In this document: positions 36,351 to 49,075 of the stretch, piece after piece | How the letters are laid out: each line of letters begins with the position of its first letter | Position numbering within the stretch: the stretch's first letter is position 1 | Source of the DNA: Octopus sinensis | Taxonomy: Eukaryota | Assembly (NCBI RefSeq): GCF_006345805.1 | Contig: NC_043003.1 | Span: 14,012,001-14,076,000, forward strand | Length of the DNA: 64,000 nt | Direction: 5' to 3' | Program-made: the position numbers and the translations under genes | Notes under the pieces: model-generated | What the model was told of the DNA's origin: nothing | Database searches by the model: none | What the model saw: only the letters and a program-made list of their open reading frames with translations

Positions 36351-37665
36351 ACACTGGTCAATTATAAGATTTTTAAATATTTCAGCCTTAATCAATTTTA
36401 AACTGGTATTGGGGTCTCATCAGGTGTCTACATCACTTTACAATCCCAGAGAAGGAAGTAAGCAGTCTGTTTATATACTCAACAAATCCTGGAGCTTTAG
36501 ATAACTGGAGCTACTAATTTGTATAATATAAGTGCTTAACACTCACTTTATTTAATATCAGTAACCTAGGAAACACATGAATACGCTGCAGCTATAGTTC
36601 AGTGAAAAAGCACAACAGGCTCATTTAATACACATCATTTTATTTCATGTAGCTCGAACTTTTAATCCAGACTGTTGATTTTAAAGACTTCAATGAAGAC
36701 AAATTTCTATCTTTGCTTCCAGTTAGTTAAATGCTAGCTAATTTATAGATAAGGATTGGAAAGAAAAAAAAGAAGAAAAAAAAGAAATATTTTCTAATTG
36801 TTCTGAATATGGGGAAATGAACGCAGCTAAATCTAATTAAAATACTTTATACAATGAAGCTCAATCAAATTTGTTATAAACAAGCATTACATTGCATGAA
36901 CAGTCAGTGTTCTAAGATTTTGCTTCCCTGGAACCAAACTGAAATTATTTTCCTATATTTTATGCAAACAAAAGAATGTCCAAACAAAGACAGAGAGAGA
37001 AGAAAAAAAACTTTATACAGGAGACGTTGGATTAGACGACACAAAAATCCGCCCTTAATCTTTGCATAAATAATTGCTTTTTCATTTCATACAATAGTTT
37101 GTGAGTATCTCCTTGCATTCTTTTGTGACCTACATATGATCAAACCAAAACACAAAGCCAGATTTTCTGACAAGTAAAATGTGTAATGTTATGTATGTAC
37201 ACACACATGTTAGCGAACTGAAGTAAAACCTAAGTTCCCATGATGTTAACAATCTACTGCTGGTTAATAACATGGGAAGGCTGCATCCTATCGATTTAAT
37301 GACTCCAGCATTGGGTTTTATGCCTGTGTTAGTAAGATACTACATGTCCAGTTTATCAGAGATCTGGAACTCGTTACAGCTGCCCTTCCATACTCTTTTA
37401 TTTCACATTTATATAAAGGCATGCAAGTTATCTTGTTAACAAATTCACCGAAAGACCAGGTCAGGTTGAAATGAGTCAACAGAGACATAAATCACATCAA
37501 TAATTATTTCTCAGTGATATGAATGTACACATTCTTAAACGAAGGGCAATTAGAGGTTATGATATTCATACCATTTTTTTTTTCTTTCTTTTGAGGATAT
37601 TAAAGATATAAATAAAATAAGAATGTTTCTGAGAATCAAAACAAAACCTGCAGATGTTGGTTTAC

Positions 37666-37676
37666 CAGGAGCTTGC
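37666..37676 (-). CDS. Weak candidate 11-nt micro-exon GCAAGCTCCTG
   Basis: ttatcttttattgtggag|...|gtaaac; GAG acceptors are uncommon. Confidence 0.2.
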
Positions 37677-37836
37677 CTCCACAATAAAAGATAATTAATA
37701 ACAGTGACGCAACCAGCCTCGATAGAAAATTAACCCTTTTGATGCCAAGCCAACATGGAACTGCTCTTAGTTCTATGGTTCAAACTTTCTTTCAAAATTT
37801 CATGTTAATTTATGCTCTAAACACTAGCCTTATAAT

Positions 37837-37880
<44 letters not shown>

Positions 37881-37989
37881 ATGTTTAGTTTGACTGAAAC
37901 TGTCAAGCCAGAGAGCTGCATCAAGCTCCAGTCTGTTTTGGCTTTGTTTCCTAACACAAACCACTCTACAGAGTGTACTGGGTGTCATG

Positions 37990-38470
37990 TCTTTTACTTA
38001 CATGTCGCTGGCACAAGTGCCTTTAACATGTCACCAGCATGGGTACCCTTAACATGCCACTGGTACGGGTGCTTTGTGTGTATCACCAGCATACGTGCCT
38101 TTAATGTGTCACTGGCATGGGTACCTTTAATGTGCCACTGGTACGGGTGCCTTTTGCGTGTCACTGGCATGGGTACCTTTAATGTGCCACTGTTACGGGT
38201 GCATTTGTACATATCACCAGCATTTGTGCCTTTAACGTGTCACCGGCATGGGTACCTTTAATGTGCCACTGGTACGGGTGCCTTTTGCATGTCACTGGCA
38301 TGAGCATCTTTAAAGTGTGACTGGTACAGATGCTCTCATGTGTCACTGGCACAAGTGCTTTTGACGTGTCAATGGCATGGGCACCTTTAATGTGCCACTG
38401 ACTACAGGTGCCACTTACATTCCACTGGCACGAGTGCCTTTACCATATCACTGGCATGAGTACCTTTCAT
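37990..38470. repeat. 26-bp minisatellite (~18 units) at the 5' end of an S3-type element
   Basis: (c/t)gtgtcactggcatgggtacctttaa variants in tandem. Confidence 0.85.
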
Positions 38471-39108
38471 GTTAAATTCTTCATCATTTTGAAAATTAAT
38501 TGAAATAAAGATGGCGCATACCCACAGAAATCATCCATCATCCATCATCATCACTTAATGTCTGCCTTCCATGCTGGCATGGGTAGGACAGTTTGACAGG
38601 AGAAAGCCAGGCATGGGACCTGTACCAGACTTTTGTGCGTTTTAGCATGGTTTTAACAGCTGGATGCCCTTCCTAACCTCAACCACCCAGAGTGGACTTA
38701 ATGCTTTGTATGTATCACAAGCACAGGCGGGGTCAGTTTTGGTATGGTTTTTACAGCAGCTGGATGCCCTTCCAAATGCCAACCACATTACAGTGTGGAC
38801 TGGATGCTTCTGAAGTGGCACCAGCAATGGTAACCAGAGTTAACCTTCTTGATATCAACCTGCCTCAAACAACCCCTGTTTTTATGATACAGACTTTCTG
38901 TTTTAACTCTTTAAGTATTCAAATTCTGTCAAATATAATGCTTATTTATCCACATCGTTTGAAATTAATGATGGATTATCTCATAACTTTAAGACTTCAA
39001 TGATGTAATTGTTTATTTTTAGAATGACATTATAGGATAGGTGTGAAAGGCCAGATCTGGCCACTTTGAACACGTAATAGATGCTAAGGGGGATATAGTT
39101 ATATAGAA

Positions 39109-39396
39109 TAGTGCTTCTCAAACTATCTAATGTGGCGTACCGGCGGTTTTTTCTCCAATGTGCCAGGAACCGGTAATATTTCTTAGTAATATTAATTTAT
39201 ACCAGAAACAATACATATAACGAATATAATAAAAGTTGACAATTTTTTAAAAATCTTATATTTATTTTGTAAACAAATAATACAATATTACATAAGCATT
39301 TTATAATGTTTCTTTTTCTGGAAACTCACCATGTACTGGCAGCTAATGGCTCATGAACCGGCACTGGTCCATGGACCACCACTCTGAGTAGCACTG
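39109..39396. mobile_element. hAT (Charlie-like) MITE
   Basis: tagtgcttctcaaa / ctgagtagcactg termini; decayed 8-bp TSD atatagaa / atctaggt. Confidence 0.65.
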
Positions 39397-39630
39397 ATCT
39401 AGGTTTTAATCTAAAACCTTCCATCATAATTTCATGCTAGCTTATGTTCCAAATACTAGCTTAAATAATGATGAATTCATTTTAATAAAGTCTCTGTAAT
39501 TTAAAAAATTCATTAAAATGAAGGCAGAGTGTTTCCACAGAAATATAGCAACAAAGGTGCATAACGCTATAACGCTTATCAAGCGTAATGCTTATTTATT
39601 CATTGTTTTGAATTAATCATGCATAAAATA

Positions 39631-40006
39631 GGTGCAGGAGTGACTGTGTGGTAAGCAGCTTGCTTACCAACCACATGGTTCCGGGTTCAGTCCCACTGCG
39701 TGGCACCTTGTGCAAGTGTCTTCTACTATAGCCCCAGGCCAACCAAAGCCTTGTGAGTGGATTTGGTAGATGGAAACTGAAAGAAGCCCATCGTATATGT
39801 GTGTGTGTGTGTGTGTGTGTGTATGTTTGCATGTGATTGTGCCCCCAACACAGCTTGACTACTGATGCTGGTGTGTTTACGTCCCTGTAATTTAGAGAGA
39901 ATAAGTTCAAGGCTTTCCAAAGATAAAGTCTTGGGGTCAATTTGTTCCACTAAAGGCAGTGCTCCAGCATGGCTGCAGTCAATTGGCTGAAACAAATAAA
40001 AGAATA
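39631..40006 (+). mobile_element. SINE S1 full length
   Basis: Family match. Confidence 0.82.
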
Positions 40007-40121
40007 AACTCATAGTTTTGCGATTTGGATGATCTGACAGTCTATTTTGGAAATGACATTGTAAGGTATGTGTAAGAGGCTGGATCCAGCTGGTTTGAAC
40101 ATAAAACAGGTGGAATATTTA

Positions 40122-40270
40122 ACATTATTTACATTATTTATATCTGACAGATATCTGTCCTCATCTTGTTTGTTGTTAACACAACATTTCGGCTGATATA
40201 CCCTCAAGCCTTCTTCAGGTGTCTTGGGGAAATTTTGAACCTGGGTTCTCATTCCTGAAGTATTTTTCGA

Positions 40271-40305
<35 letters not shown>

Positions 40306-40376
40306 TCACTGCCTGGAATTGAACTCGGAATCTTGGGGCTAGTAGCCCGCACTCTTAACCACTACGCCATATGCCC
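40122..40376 (-). mobile_element. tRNA-headed hammerhead SINE, family A (best-preserved head)
   Basis: gggcatatggcgtagtggttaag...gagttcaattcc head; hammerhead at 40178-40223. Confidence 0.82.
40178..40223 (-). ncRNA. Minimal type I hammerhead motif
   Basis: GACAC CUGAAGA A GGCU-ugaggguauauc-AGCC GAAA UG UU GUGUU; stem I 5 bp. Confidence 0.7.
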
Positions 40377-40616
40377 TGTGTTACACAGCAAAGAACTAAG
40401 ATGGCAGCTTACAATATGAGAATTCATATTTGATAAACAAAATCGTGTTAGATTAAATTATTAGAAATGTTTGCAGTGTTTGTTTTGTTGGAGACTGATG
40501 CTAAAAGCAACCAAGATGAAACGAATAATAAGGAAATAAAGAGAACAAGTTACTTGGACATTCAAATCGGAACCAGCAAGAAACATTTTGAGATATTGCA
40601 AGATTTTTAAGTTAAT

Positions 40617-41315
40617 AAAGTGGCGAGCTGGCAGAAATGTTAGCATGCTGGGCAAAATGCTCGGTGGTATTTCGTCTGTCTTTACATTCCAAGTTCAAAT
40701 TCCGCCGAGGTCGACTTTGCATTTTATCCTTTGGAGTCGATAAATCAAGTACCAGTTGCATACTGGGGTCTATCTAATCGACTAGCTCCCTCCCACAAAA
40801 TTTCAGGCCTTATGCCTAGAGTAGAAGTGATTATTATAATTATCATTATTAAGGTAGCAAGCCGGCAGAAATGTTAGCACACTGGACGGAATGCTTAGTG
40901 GTATTTCGTCTGTCTTTACATTCTGAGTTCAAATTCTGCCGAGGTCAACTTTGCCTTTCATCCTTTCGTGTTGATTAAATAAGTACCAGTTACGCACTGG
41001 GGTCGATATAATCGACTTAATCCGTTTGTTTGTCTATGTTTGTCCTCTCTGTGCTTAGCCCCTTGTGGGTAGTAAAGAAATAGGTATTTTGTCTGTCTTT
41101 ATGTTCTGAGTTCAAATTCTACCGAGGTCGACTTTGCCTTTCATCCTTTTGGGGTTGACAAATTAAGTAACAGTTGCATACTGGGGTCAGTCTAATCGGC
41201 TGGCTCCCCTCCCCAAATATTTCTAATCGACTGCCCCCCCACTCCCCCCAAATTTCTAATCAACTGACCACACCCCCAAAAATTTTGGGCCTTGTGGTCT
41301 ACAGCAGAAAAGAAT
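40617..41315 (+). mobile_element. SINE S2 trimer with a single 14-bp TSD
   Basis: atttttaagttaat 40603-40616 / atttttaagataat 41316-41329. Confidence 0.8.
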
Positions 41316-41649
41316 ATTTTTAAGATAATTTTTCATATATTTCATTTATTGATTAATTTATTGAATTCTTTCATTTATCCTTTATTGTTAACACTGAGTA
41401 GAGAGGAAAGAAAAAAGGCAACGAAATCAAAAATGTGAAAATGTTACATCATCTCCCAAGGTTTTCAAATAATGCATTTACACGATATCACATCACGCCT
41501 GCGTTATTACTATGTAACGCTGGCATTTACATTACATCAAGAATTTCTGTTTATAATTGTATATTTCTACAAGGCACCTAATCTTATTGATAAACTTGTT
41601 CCAAAATATAAATGCAACCAAGTAAGAAAGCAGCAAAGAAGAAACCAAC

Positions 41650-41820
41650 ACATGGACACACATACACACAGATACACATGGACACACATACACACAGATA
41701 CACATGGACACACATACACACAGATACACATGGACACACATACACACAGATATACATGTGCCTATGTATACACACATGTACGCACGCATATACGCACACA
41801 CAGGCACACGCATACACATA
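41650..41820. repeat. 26-bp tandem repeat atggacacacatacacacagatacac
   Basis: About 4 near-perfect units then decay. Confidence 0.85.
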
Positions 41821-42426
41821 CACAAAAGTGAAATGTTGCCAAGATGGAAATTAAGAAAAATAAAGGGCTGCAAATAATATTGGAAAGTGGAGGGTAGCCA
41901 AAGCTGGAGTTGAAATCCATAATTTATTTGTCATGAATTTATAAATGGCTGTCAGTTTTGCAAGCTTCGTAAGATTATTTAAACATTCGCATCAAGTAAA
42001 AACAAGAACGCGATGTAAAATTGAGAAAATATGTAAATATGTAAATAAATTTGATTGTACTATCTATTTCTCATGCATGACGCACAACAGCATTTCTGAA
42101 ATCAGTGGAAAGACAAAATGAAAACTGAATGTTTCTCCTTATCAGCAGAAGAACTCTCACAACGTTACATTCATAATATACAATGGATATTATTAAAACT
42201 GTTTATGTGAGAAATCATTATTAATACCACACGAAAATATCATTATTAAAACTGTTTGAAGGTCATATCATAAGAATGATATCAACAATAGAAAGAAAGA
42301 AAGAGAAAGAGAAAGAGAAAGAAAGAATGAAAGAAAGAAAATATCAATAAATTGTTTTACAGAAGATGAATATTTTCAGTGTTTAGATAAAGCTCAAATA
42401 CTTTAAAAAGCAAAAGAATTATTCAC

Positions 42427-42465
42427 GTATCTCCTTCAGTTGCGTCCAATATATTCTGAAAATGT
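42427..42465 (-). CDS. Candidate 39-nt exon (HFQNILDATEGDT); second acceptor at 42455 gives 29 nt
   Basis: gTGCgttttcTGCag acceptor and TAC|gtgaat donor; protein-like reading frame. Confidence 0.5.
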
Positions 42466-43010
42466 CTGCAGAAAACGCACATTTTTTTTTTTTTTTTGTT
42501 AACTTTGTTTTTGTTTTTTTGTTTCCAAAACAGAAATAAGAACATGGAATGAAATGATGTTTCACAAAGGAGATTTTTCAAAATTTTGTTTCCCTTAGTT
42601 TCCGAGATCAAATCTCGCTGGAACTGCCTGACCATCACCCCCACCACCATCACCCCCCACCACCACCAACACTGCACCCAATCAATAAAATATATGCAAC
42701 AAACCTTCCCTCGAACCCTCAACCATTTAGAATTCAGATTACCCAGTCAAATGTAATTCTTATTTATTCCCATTGTCTTGAATTAATCAATCATTATCTC
42801 ATAGCTTTGAAATTCTGATGGGTGATAGTATAGTTTAGAGTGGCATTGTAGGATAAGTGTGAGAGGCCAGATCTAATCAGTTTAAACAACATAAAACAGG
42901 CAGAATATTCCTTTCTCTTCTACTCTAGGCACAAGGCCCAAACCTTTGGGTGAGAGGGGTGGCAGTCAATTAGATCGACTCCAGTACGCACCTGGTACTC
43001 AATTTATTGA

Positions 43011-43745
43011 GTAGTTAGTTAGTTAGTTAGTTAATTTGGCTCAAAAGCAAATTGCAAGGCCATGTAGGGGGACATGGAGTTAAGTACAGGGTGGTGTTCA
43101 TGTAAAGAGTTCAGGCCACTTGAGGTCAAGGGAGACTTTGAACAAAGCGGTCGTCGGCATCTTCACCATCTCGTCTGGCAGCTTGTTCCACGGATCCGCA
43201 ACCCGGACGGAGAAAGCTCCTCTCCTTCGATTGAGATGAAATCGTCGCAGGTAGAGCTTTTCGGAATGACCCCGCAGCCGACGCTCTGGAGCAGGAGTGA
43301 AGAACAGCTCTTTCAAGAGGTTACACTTTCCGCTTATGATGCTGTGGGCGAGAATGAGATCACCACGGCAGCGGCGTTTTTCTAGAGAATAAAGGTCGAG
43401 CGTCCTCAGCCTTTCTTCATAGGACAAATTTTTGAGACCATGAACCATGCGGGTAGCCAGCTTCTGGACTCTTTCGAGATGCTGTATGTCTTTGAGGAGA
43501 TAAGGAGAAGAGGCTTGAATCCCGTATTCCAATATGGGTCTCACCAGCGTGACATAGAGTGGTAGGAATATGGCTGCTGTGAGCATTCCGAATGACCGTC
43601 GAATCAAGAACAGAATTCCGCGTGCTTTGTTGGCAGCATGGACGCACTGGGCTGAAGGCGAAAAGGAGGAATCCACCAAGATACCCAGGTCCTTTACCTG
43701 ATCGGTCCTCTCCAGCAGCAGACGACCCGGCTCGAAATCAAGTAA
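43011..43745 (-). mobile_element. 5'-truncated CR1-group LINE (ORF2 C-terminus, 3' UTR, (CTAA)n tail)
   Basis: Uninterrupted ORF 43098-43679 with KDLGILVD, LYVTLVRPILEY, LERVQKLATR, SYEERL, RRCRGDLI and WNKLP. Confidence 0.93.
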
Positions 43746-44242
43746 GGTAAGAATGAGAGGCCAGATTTGATCAGTTTAAACATAAAACAGGCAGAATATT
43801 CCTTTCTCTTCTACTCTAGGCACAAGGCCCGAAATTTTGGGGGAGTGGGGTGGCAGTCAATTAGATCGACCCCAGTACACATCTGGTACTTAATTTATCG
43901 ACTGCAAAAGGATGAACGGCAATGTTGACCTCGGCGGAATTTGAACACAGAATGTAAGACGAAATACTGTGAGATGTAATGCTTATTTATTCCCATCGTC
44001 TTCTACTAATCATGCACTGTTTCATAGCTTCAAGATTTCAATGATGTGATTGTTTATTTTTAGAAATGACATTGTAGGGAAGGTGAAAGAGACTGGATCT
44101 GGCCAGTCTGAACATAAAACAGGTGGAATATTTGGGTCAGTTTAAATGCTAAAGGGCAAAGCTTGAGTATGGGACATGACTTGAAATTTTAGAGGTTTTA
44201 ACCGAGGTTGCTTTAACCCTTTAGCATTTAAACTGACCATAT

Positions 44243-44633
44243 AGGTGTAGGAGTGGCTGTGTGGTAAGTAGCTTGCTAACAAATCACATGGTTCTGGGTT
44301 CAGTCCCATTGCATGGCACCTTGGGCAAGTGTCTTCTACTATAGCCTCAGGCCGACCAAAGCCTTGTGAGTGGATTTGGTAGACGGAAACTGAAAGAAGC
44401 CCGTCGTATATATTTGTATGTGTGTGTGTTTACGTCCCTGCCTGTCCCACTAACATCGCTTGACAACCGATGCTGGTGTGTTTACGTCCCTGTAACTTAG
44501 CGGTTCGACAAAAGAGATTGATTGAATAAGTACTGGGCTTACAAAGAATAAGTCCTGGGGTCGATTTGCTCGACTAAATGCGGTGCTCCAGCATGGCCAC
44601 AGTCAAATGACTGAAACAAGTAAAAGAGTAAAG
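44243..44633 (+). mobile_element. SINE S1 nested in a piggyBac MITE
   Basis: Family match; host MITE resumes at 44640. Confidence 0.85.
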
Positions 44634-44929
44634 AGAATCCATGCCAAATATTCTACCTGTTTTATGCTCAAACTGACCAGATCTGACCTCTCACACCTTC
44701 CTCGCAATGTCATTCTAAAAATAAGCGATTACTTCATTGCAATCTCTTTGCTAGAAGATAATCCACAGTTAATTCAAAACGATACGAATAAATAATTATT
44801 ACATTTGAGAGAGTAATACAAATACTAAGGAGTTCAACAGAGAGTTTGTATCACAGAACCAGCGGCCGTTTCAAGGAGGTTGTTATCAAAAGGAGTGAAG
44901 AACAATGACATCCAGGACTAAATTATCCT

Positions 44930-45160
44930 AGCGGCAAGCTGGCAGACACGTAGCACGCCGGGCGAAATGCTTAGCAGTATTTCGTTTGCCACTAGGTTCT
45001 GAGTTCAAATTCTGCCGAGGTCGACTTTGCCTTTCATCCTTCGGGGTCAATTAAATAAGTACCAGCTACGCACTGGGGTCGATATAATCGACTTAATCCG
45101 TTTGTCTGTCCTTGTTTGTCCTTTCTGTGTTTAGCCCCTTGTGGGTAGTAAAGAAATAGG
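44930..45160 (+). mobile_element. SINE S2 monomer
   Basis: Family match. Confidence 0.85.
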
Positions 45161-45405
45161 CATATATTGCCTTCCTATTTCAAGACAGTAGGGTGTGATT
45201 TGGCTACTATTTCTGGCAGCTTACTTGAGTTCATTATTTAACCGAAGATAAACAGAACTTATATTTTCCAGTAGGAGAAATAAACTGAACTAAGCAATAA
45301 GCTAACAATCTAAGAATTAAAATGTTTTACGATAGGATTTGAACCCTCAACCCTAGGACAGGTAGTTCACCACTTTTTGCACTTAGGTTTTTTTTTTATT
45401 TAATA

Positions 45406-45798
45406 CTAGCAGTATCGCCCGGCGTTGCTCGGGTTTGTTTCGACCCTTTAAAATTGGAATTTTTGAAAAGTAAAAATTTTGCATTATGTAGCTTGTTATT
45501 CTCTTTAAGTGAACATTTTCCTGGTTGAAATACACCGAAAAATGGTGACACAGCAGTCAAAAAATTGTAAAAAATAGGGATCTTCATAGAAAAAAAAGCA
45601 CCTTTTTGATGTAAATAATTTTTGGTGTTAACATGGTCCGATTTAAATTTTATCTTCTACAGAAGGAAGAGCAAGCCTTCTTCTATCATACTCTCAATTT
45701 TGGTCAACTTGTGCCGCAGGGTCTCGGAGGAGATAGTGTTAGTTGAAGGCTACCAAACCTGCCATACACAGACAACTTCAGCTTTATATATAGAGAGA
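45406..45798 (-). mobile_element. Non-autonomous Helitron
   Basis: 5'-TC...cccgagcaacgccggg hairpin...CTAG-3', between A and T, no TSD; empty site at 52048/52049. Confidence 0.9.
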
Positions 45799-45984
45799 TT
45801 ATACAAATCTAATAGAAAATAGCAAATTTAGGTAATTTCTATTGAATGTCCCTTTACAAACACATGCGTAATTAAATGTGTGTATGTATGTGTGTCTGTG
45901 TGAATGTCAGTGTGTGTGTGTGTATATGTGTGTGCTTATGTGTATACATATGTATTGTTGTTTTCCTGTGTCTGTATGTGTTTG

Positions 45985-46030
<46 letters not shown>

Positions 46031-47159
46031 CACCTATGTTAATGCAATGCATATTTTATTAAATATGATCTTAAAGTAGATTCATCATTTGATGTCCTAA
46101 TTAATATATCAAGATTGAATTTAAAACATTAAAACAACAATTCATTAACATTTTTAATTACATGCCTTTTGTTGTTGTTGCTGTCGTTTTTTGTTTTTGT
46201 TTTGGCTCCAACCTAATTCTTATATTTAATTTAGAAATACAGAAGCTTTCAAAAGTATAATTTGCCATAAAAAAAAACAAAGCAAAGAAAACAAAAAAAA
46301 AGTTTGGTACAATAAGGGAATTGCAAAACAACAACAAAAAAAGGAAAAAAAAGCTTTGCTAATAAATCAACATCCTCCTCTCTCTCTATGTCTTACTAAA
46401 GGATCTATAGAAGATTAGTATTTTGAGAAGACAAGGTGATCAATAATTCTAAAAGGAATTTCTCCGGTGATGACAATCTGCCAATTATGAGGGCATTGAA
46501 AGGGTTGAGATGCAATGTCAAAAGGAGAATGATAGCAAACATTTTGATAAATGTTGGGGAAGCTAAAACCATATATGTAAAAGATAGTTGGAACGGAGCT
46601 ACTTCAATCTGAAATGAGCGAGAGCAGTTTATATATTGGGAAGATTAAAATCTGACAAGAATATATCAGATTTTATACCACAACACTATGTAAAAAGATC
46701 ATTGTTCAAAGACAGGGACAATAAAACACAATCTGAGTTCTAGATCTCAAAAGAAATTATATTCGGCTGCTTTTATCACTGCAGTAAAAATTCGACAAAG
46801 AGAATACTCAAAAATGAAAAATGAAAGGATGGAAAACAATGAAGAGGCCAACAAACAGATGAAATGTTATATCAGTTCTAAATGCCAAAAACTACTATGG
46901 GAAAAAACGAATGGTTGTAACAAGCCAATGATGAGCATAAATGTAGTTGCCCACCCTGCTGAAAATAACAGCCAAATCTCTTTCAAATCTTAGACTATCG
47001 TTTTAATGAACCCTTTTACCTGTCCTGTGTAACCTGTTCTGTGATACACAAAGTATTTCTTTGGCGTCCATGCATCAGGTGATAACACATTTCCAATTTC
47101 TTTTCAACCATCCGGATACTTTGGTTACTTATGAAAGGAAAGCTTTATATTTCTCAGAG

Positions 47160-47382
47160 CGGCCCGATGCCAGTGCCGCCTGATTGGCTCCTGTGCTGGT
47201 GGCATGTAAAAAGCACCCACTACACTCTCAGAGTGGTTGATGTTAGGAAGGGCATCCAGTTGTAGAAACATTACCAGATCAGATTGGAACGTGGTGCAAC
47301 CTCCTGGCTTGCCAGTCCCCAGTCAAACCGTCAAATCAATGCCAGCATGGAAAATGGACATTAAACGATGATGATGATGATG
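47160..47382 (+). mobile_element. Retroposon S3
   Basis: Family match. Confidence 0.75.
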
Positions 47383-47910
47383 TATACAACAAGGGCTAGC
47401 TAAAAGTTTGAAACCATGTGTGGATATTTAGGACAAACTTATGAAAATGCTTTGGACAAGCAAAGGGTCAAGGAAAAGATAACAATAGACAATGTAGTCC
47501 TATGTAACCTTGATCATCCCTTTTGGAATAGAATTCGTGTATATCTGTTAAATCACACCTCTAACTTGATTAAAACAGTTATTATATAATTATTGCTATA
47601 ATTTATTATTCACGGAAGGCAATTAACTGGCAGAATCATTAGAACACCGGACAAAATGTTTAGTAGAATTTCATTTGTCTTTGAGTTCTGAGTTCAAAAT
47701 TCTGTTGAGGCTGACTTTGCCTTTCATCTTTTCAGGGCCGATGAATTAGGTACCAGTTAACTATTAAGGCTGATGTAATACACTTAACCCATCCTCCGAA
47801 TCTGCTTCTCATTCTTAAGGTATTTTTCGATGTTTGGTTAGTAAACCGTGCCCTTAACCACTACACCATATACCTTTAGTCGAAAAAATCAACCTCAGTA
47901 TTTTGCACAG

Positions 47911-48147
47911 TAGTGGTCCTTAACTGGGTTTCATATGGCCCTTGTGGGTTCATATAAGATTTTGTTGTTAAAATTTGTGCCAAATAAATTGGTTATACTT
48001 CAATAAATTTTTTTTATACAATTCCTAATAATATTTAATCATAAAAATATAATAGGATCTCTTAAACAGCAAATGGCTATGAGGGTCCAACCAATCAAAC
48101 TAGGAATCAAAGGGATCCACGAGCAAAAAAAATGGTTGAAACCACTA
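47911..48147. mobile_element. hAT-type MITE
   Basis: tagtggtccttaac / ggttgaaaccacta termini; related to 58477-59373. Confidence 0.55.
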
Positions 48148-48686
48148 TTCTAGAGGGAAAAGTTAGAAATTATCAAGAAAAGACACGAAGGTGGTAGCTT
48201 CCATGCTACAGGACACAATTTTGGAGTCAAAGAATCTATCATTTGTTCTGTTTGCAAAAGTGCATGGTAACGATTCATTTATCTTTTTGTTTGTTTTAAC
48301 CAAACGCCCACTATGATAAATGAGTATAGAAGTACTGGAAGTCATCTCAAACAACCTCAATATTGTTGCATTGTATCAATATAATAAATCTGTAATATTT
48401 CATTGCTGCCATCCTCTTAGAAAGCAGAGTAAATGACTTAATTTCCATCCACTTATATTTCTAATATGTTATATAGAAAGGTAAAACCCAATGACCCATT
48501 ATTCTCTTTTCTTTAAAATCCTCAATTTTCTTTGTTCATTTTAAAAGTTTAACTTAATTTAAACCTTTTATTTTTTTTCTCGTTTTTATTGGTCTAATTA
48601 ATTGTATTCACAATCTCAGGCCAGTACACACAAGTTAGCATTAATATAATTTAATATTTGGTGCATTAAAAGAAGCTCACTTGAAA

Positions 48687-49075
48687 TCTTTATATATAAA
48701 AGTAAGGTTGTGTGTCTGTCTCCTACGATTCAGATTCCTAACTACTCCTACATTTTGCGGTGCAGTTTAACCAAAACCGGGTATCTTATAGTCGTGATTC
48801 ATATCGAGCCCTTCTGGGTATTAGCGCGCGTCTACGATGAGTCTACGATTTTAAAAATAATTTACCATTATTTTTTTCCCATTTTAATGCATTTTATTCG
48901 CTATTATATAAGGGAAGTAACTCTCTAAAAATGTCTACGATGAGTCAACGATTTAAAAAAAAATTTACCATAATTTCTTTTTGCATTTTTTTGCTATTTT
49001 TTGGCTATAACTCTCTAAAAATGCTTTATAGTTATTTCCCTTACAAACCCAAGCAATGCCGGCCGATACTGCTAG
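48687..49075 (+). mobile_element. Non-autonomous Helitron
   Basis: A|TCtttatatataaa...cccaagcaatgccggccgatactgCTAG|T; internal ~100-bp duplication. Confidence 0.85.

Noticed and set aside
37572-37587. 12-16 nt A-rich micro-exon with donor ATG|gtatga
   Set aside because: Only weak AAG acceptors; mostly homopolymer
37881-38261. 126-aa Cys/His repeat ORF resembling a metal-binding protein
   Set aside because: Produced by the 26-bp minisatellite; no splice or start context
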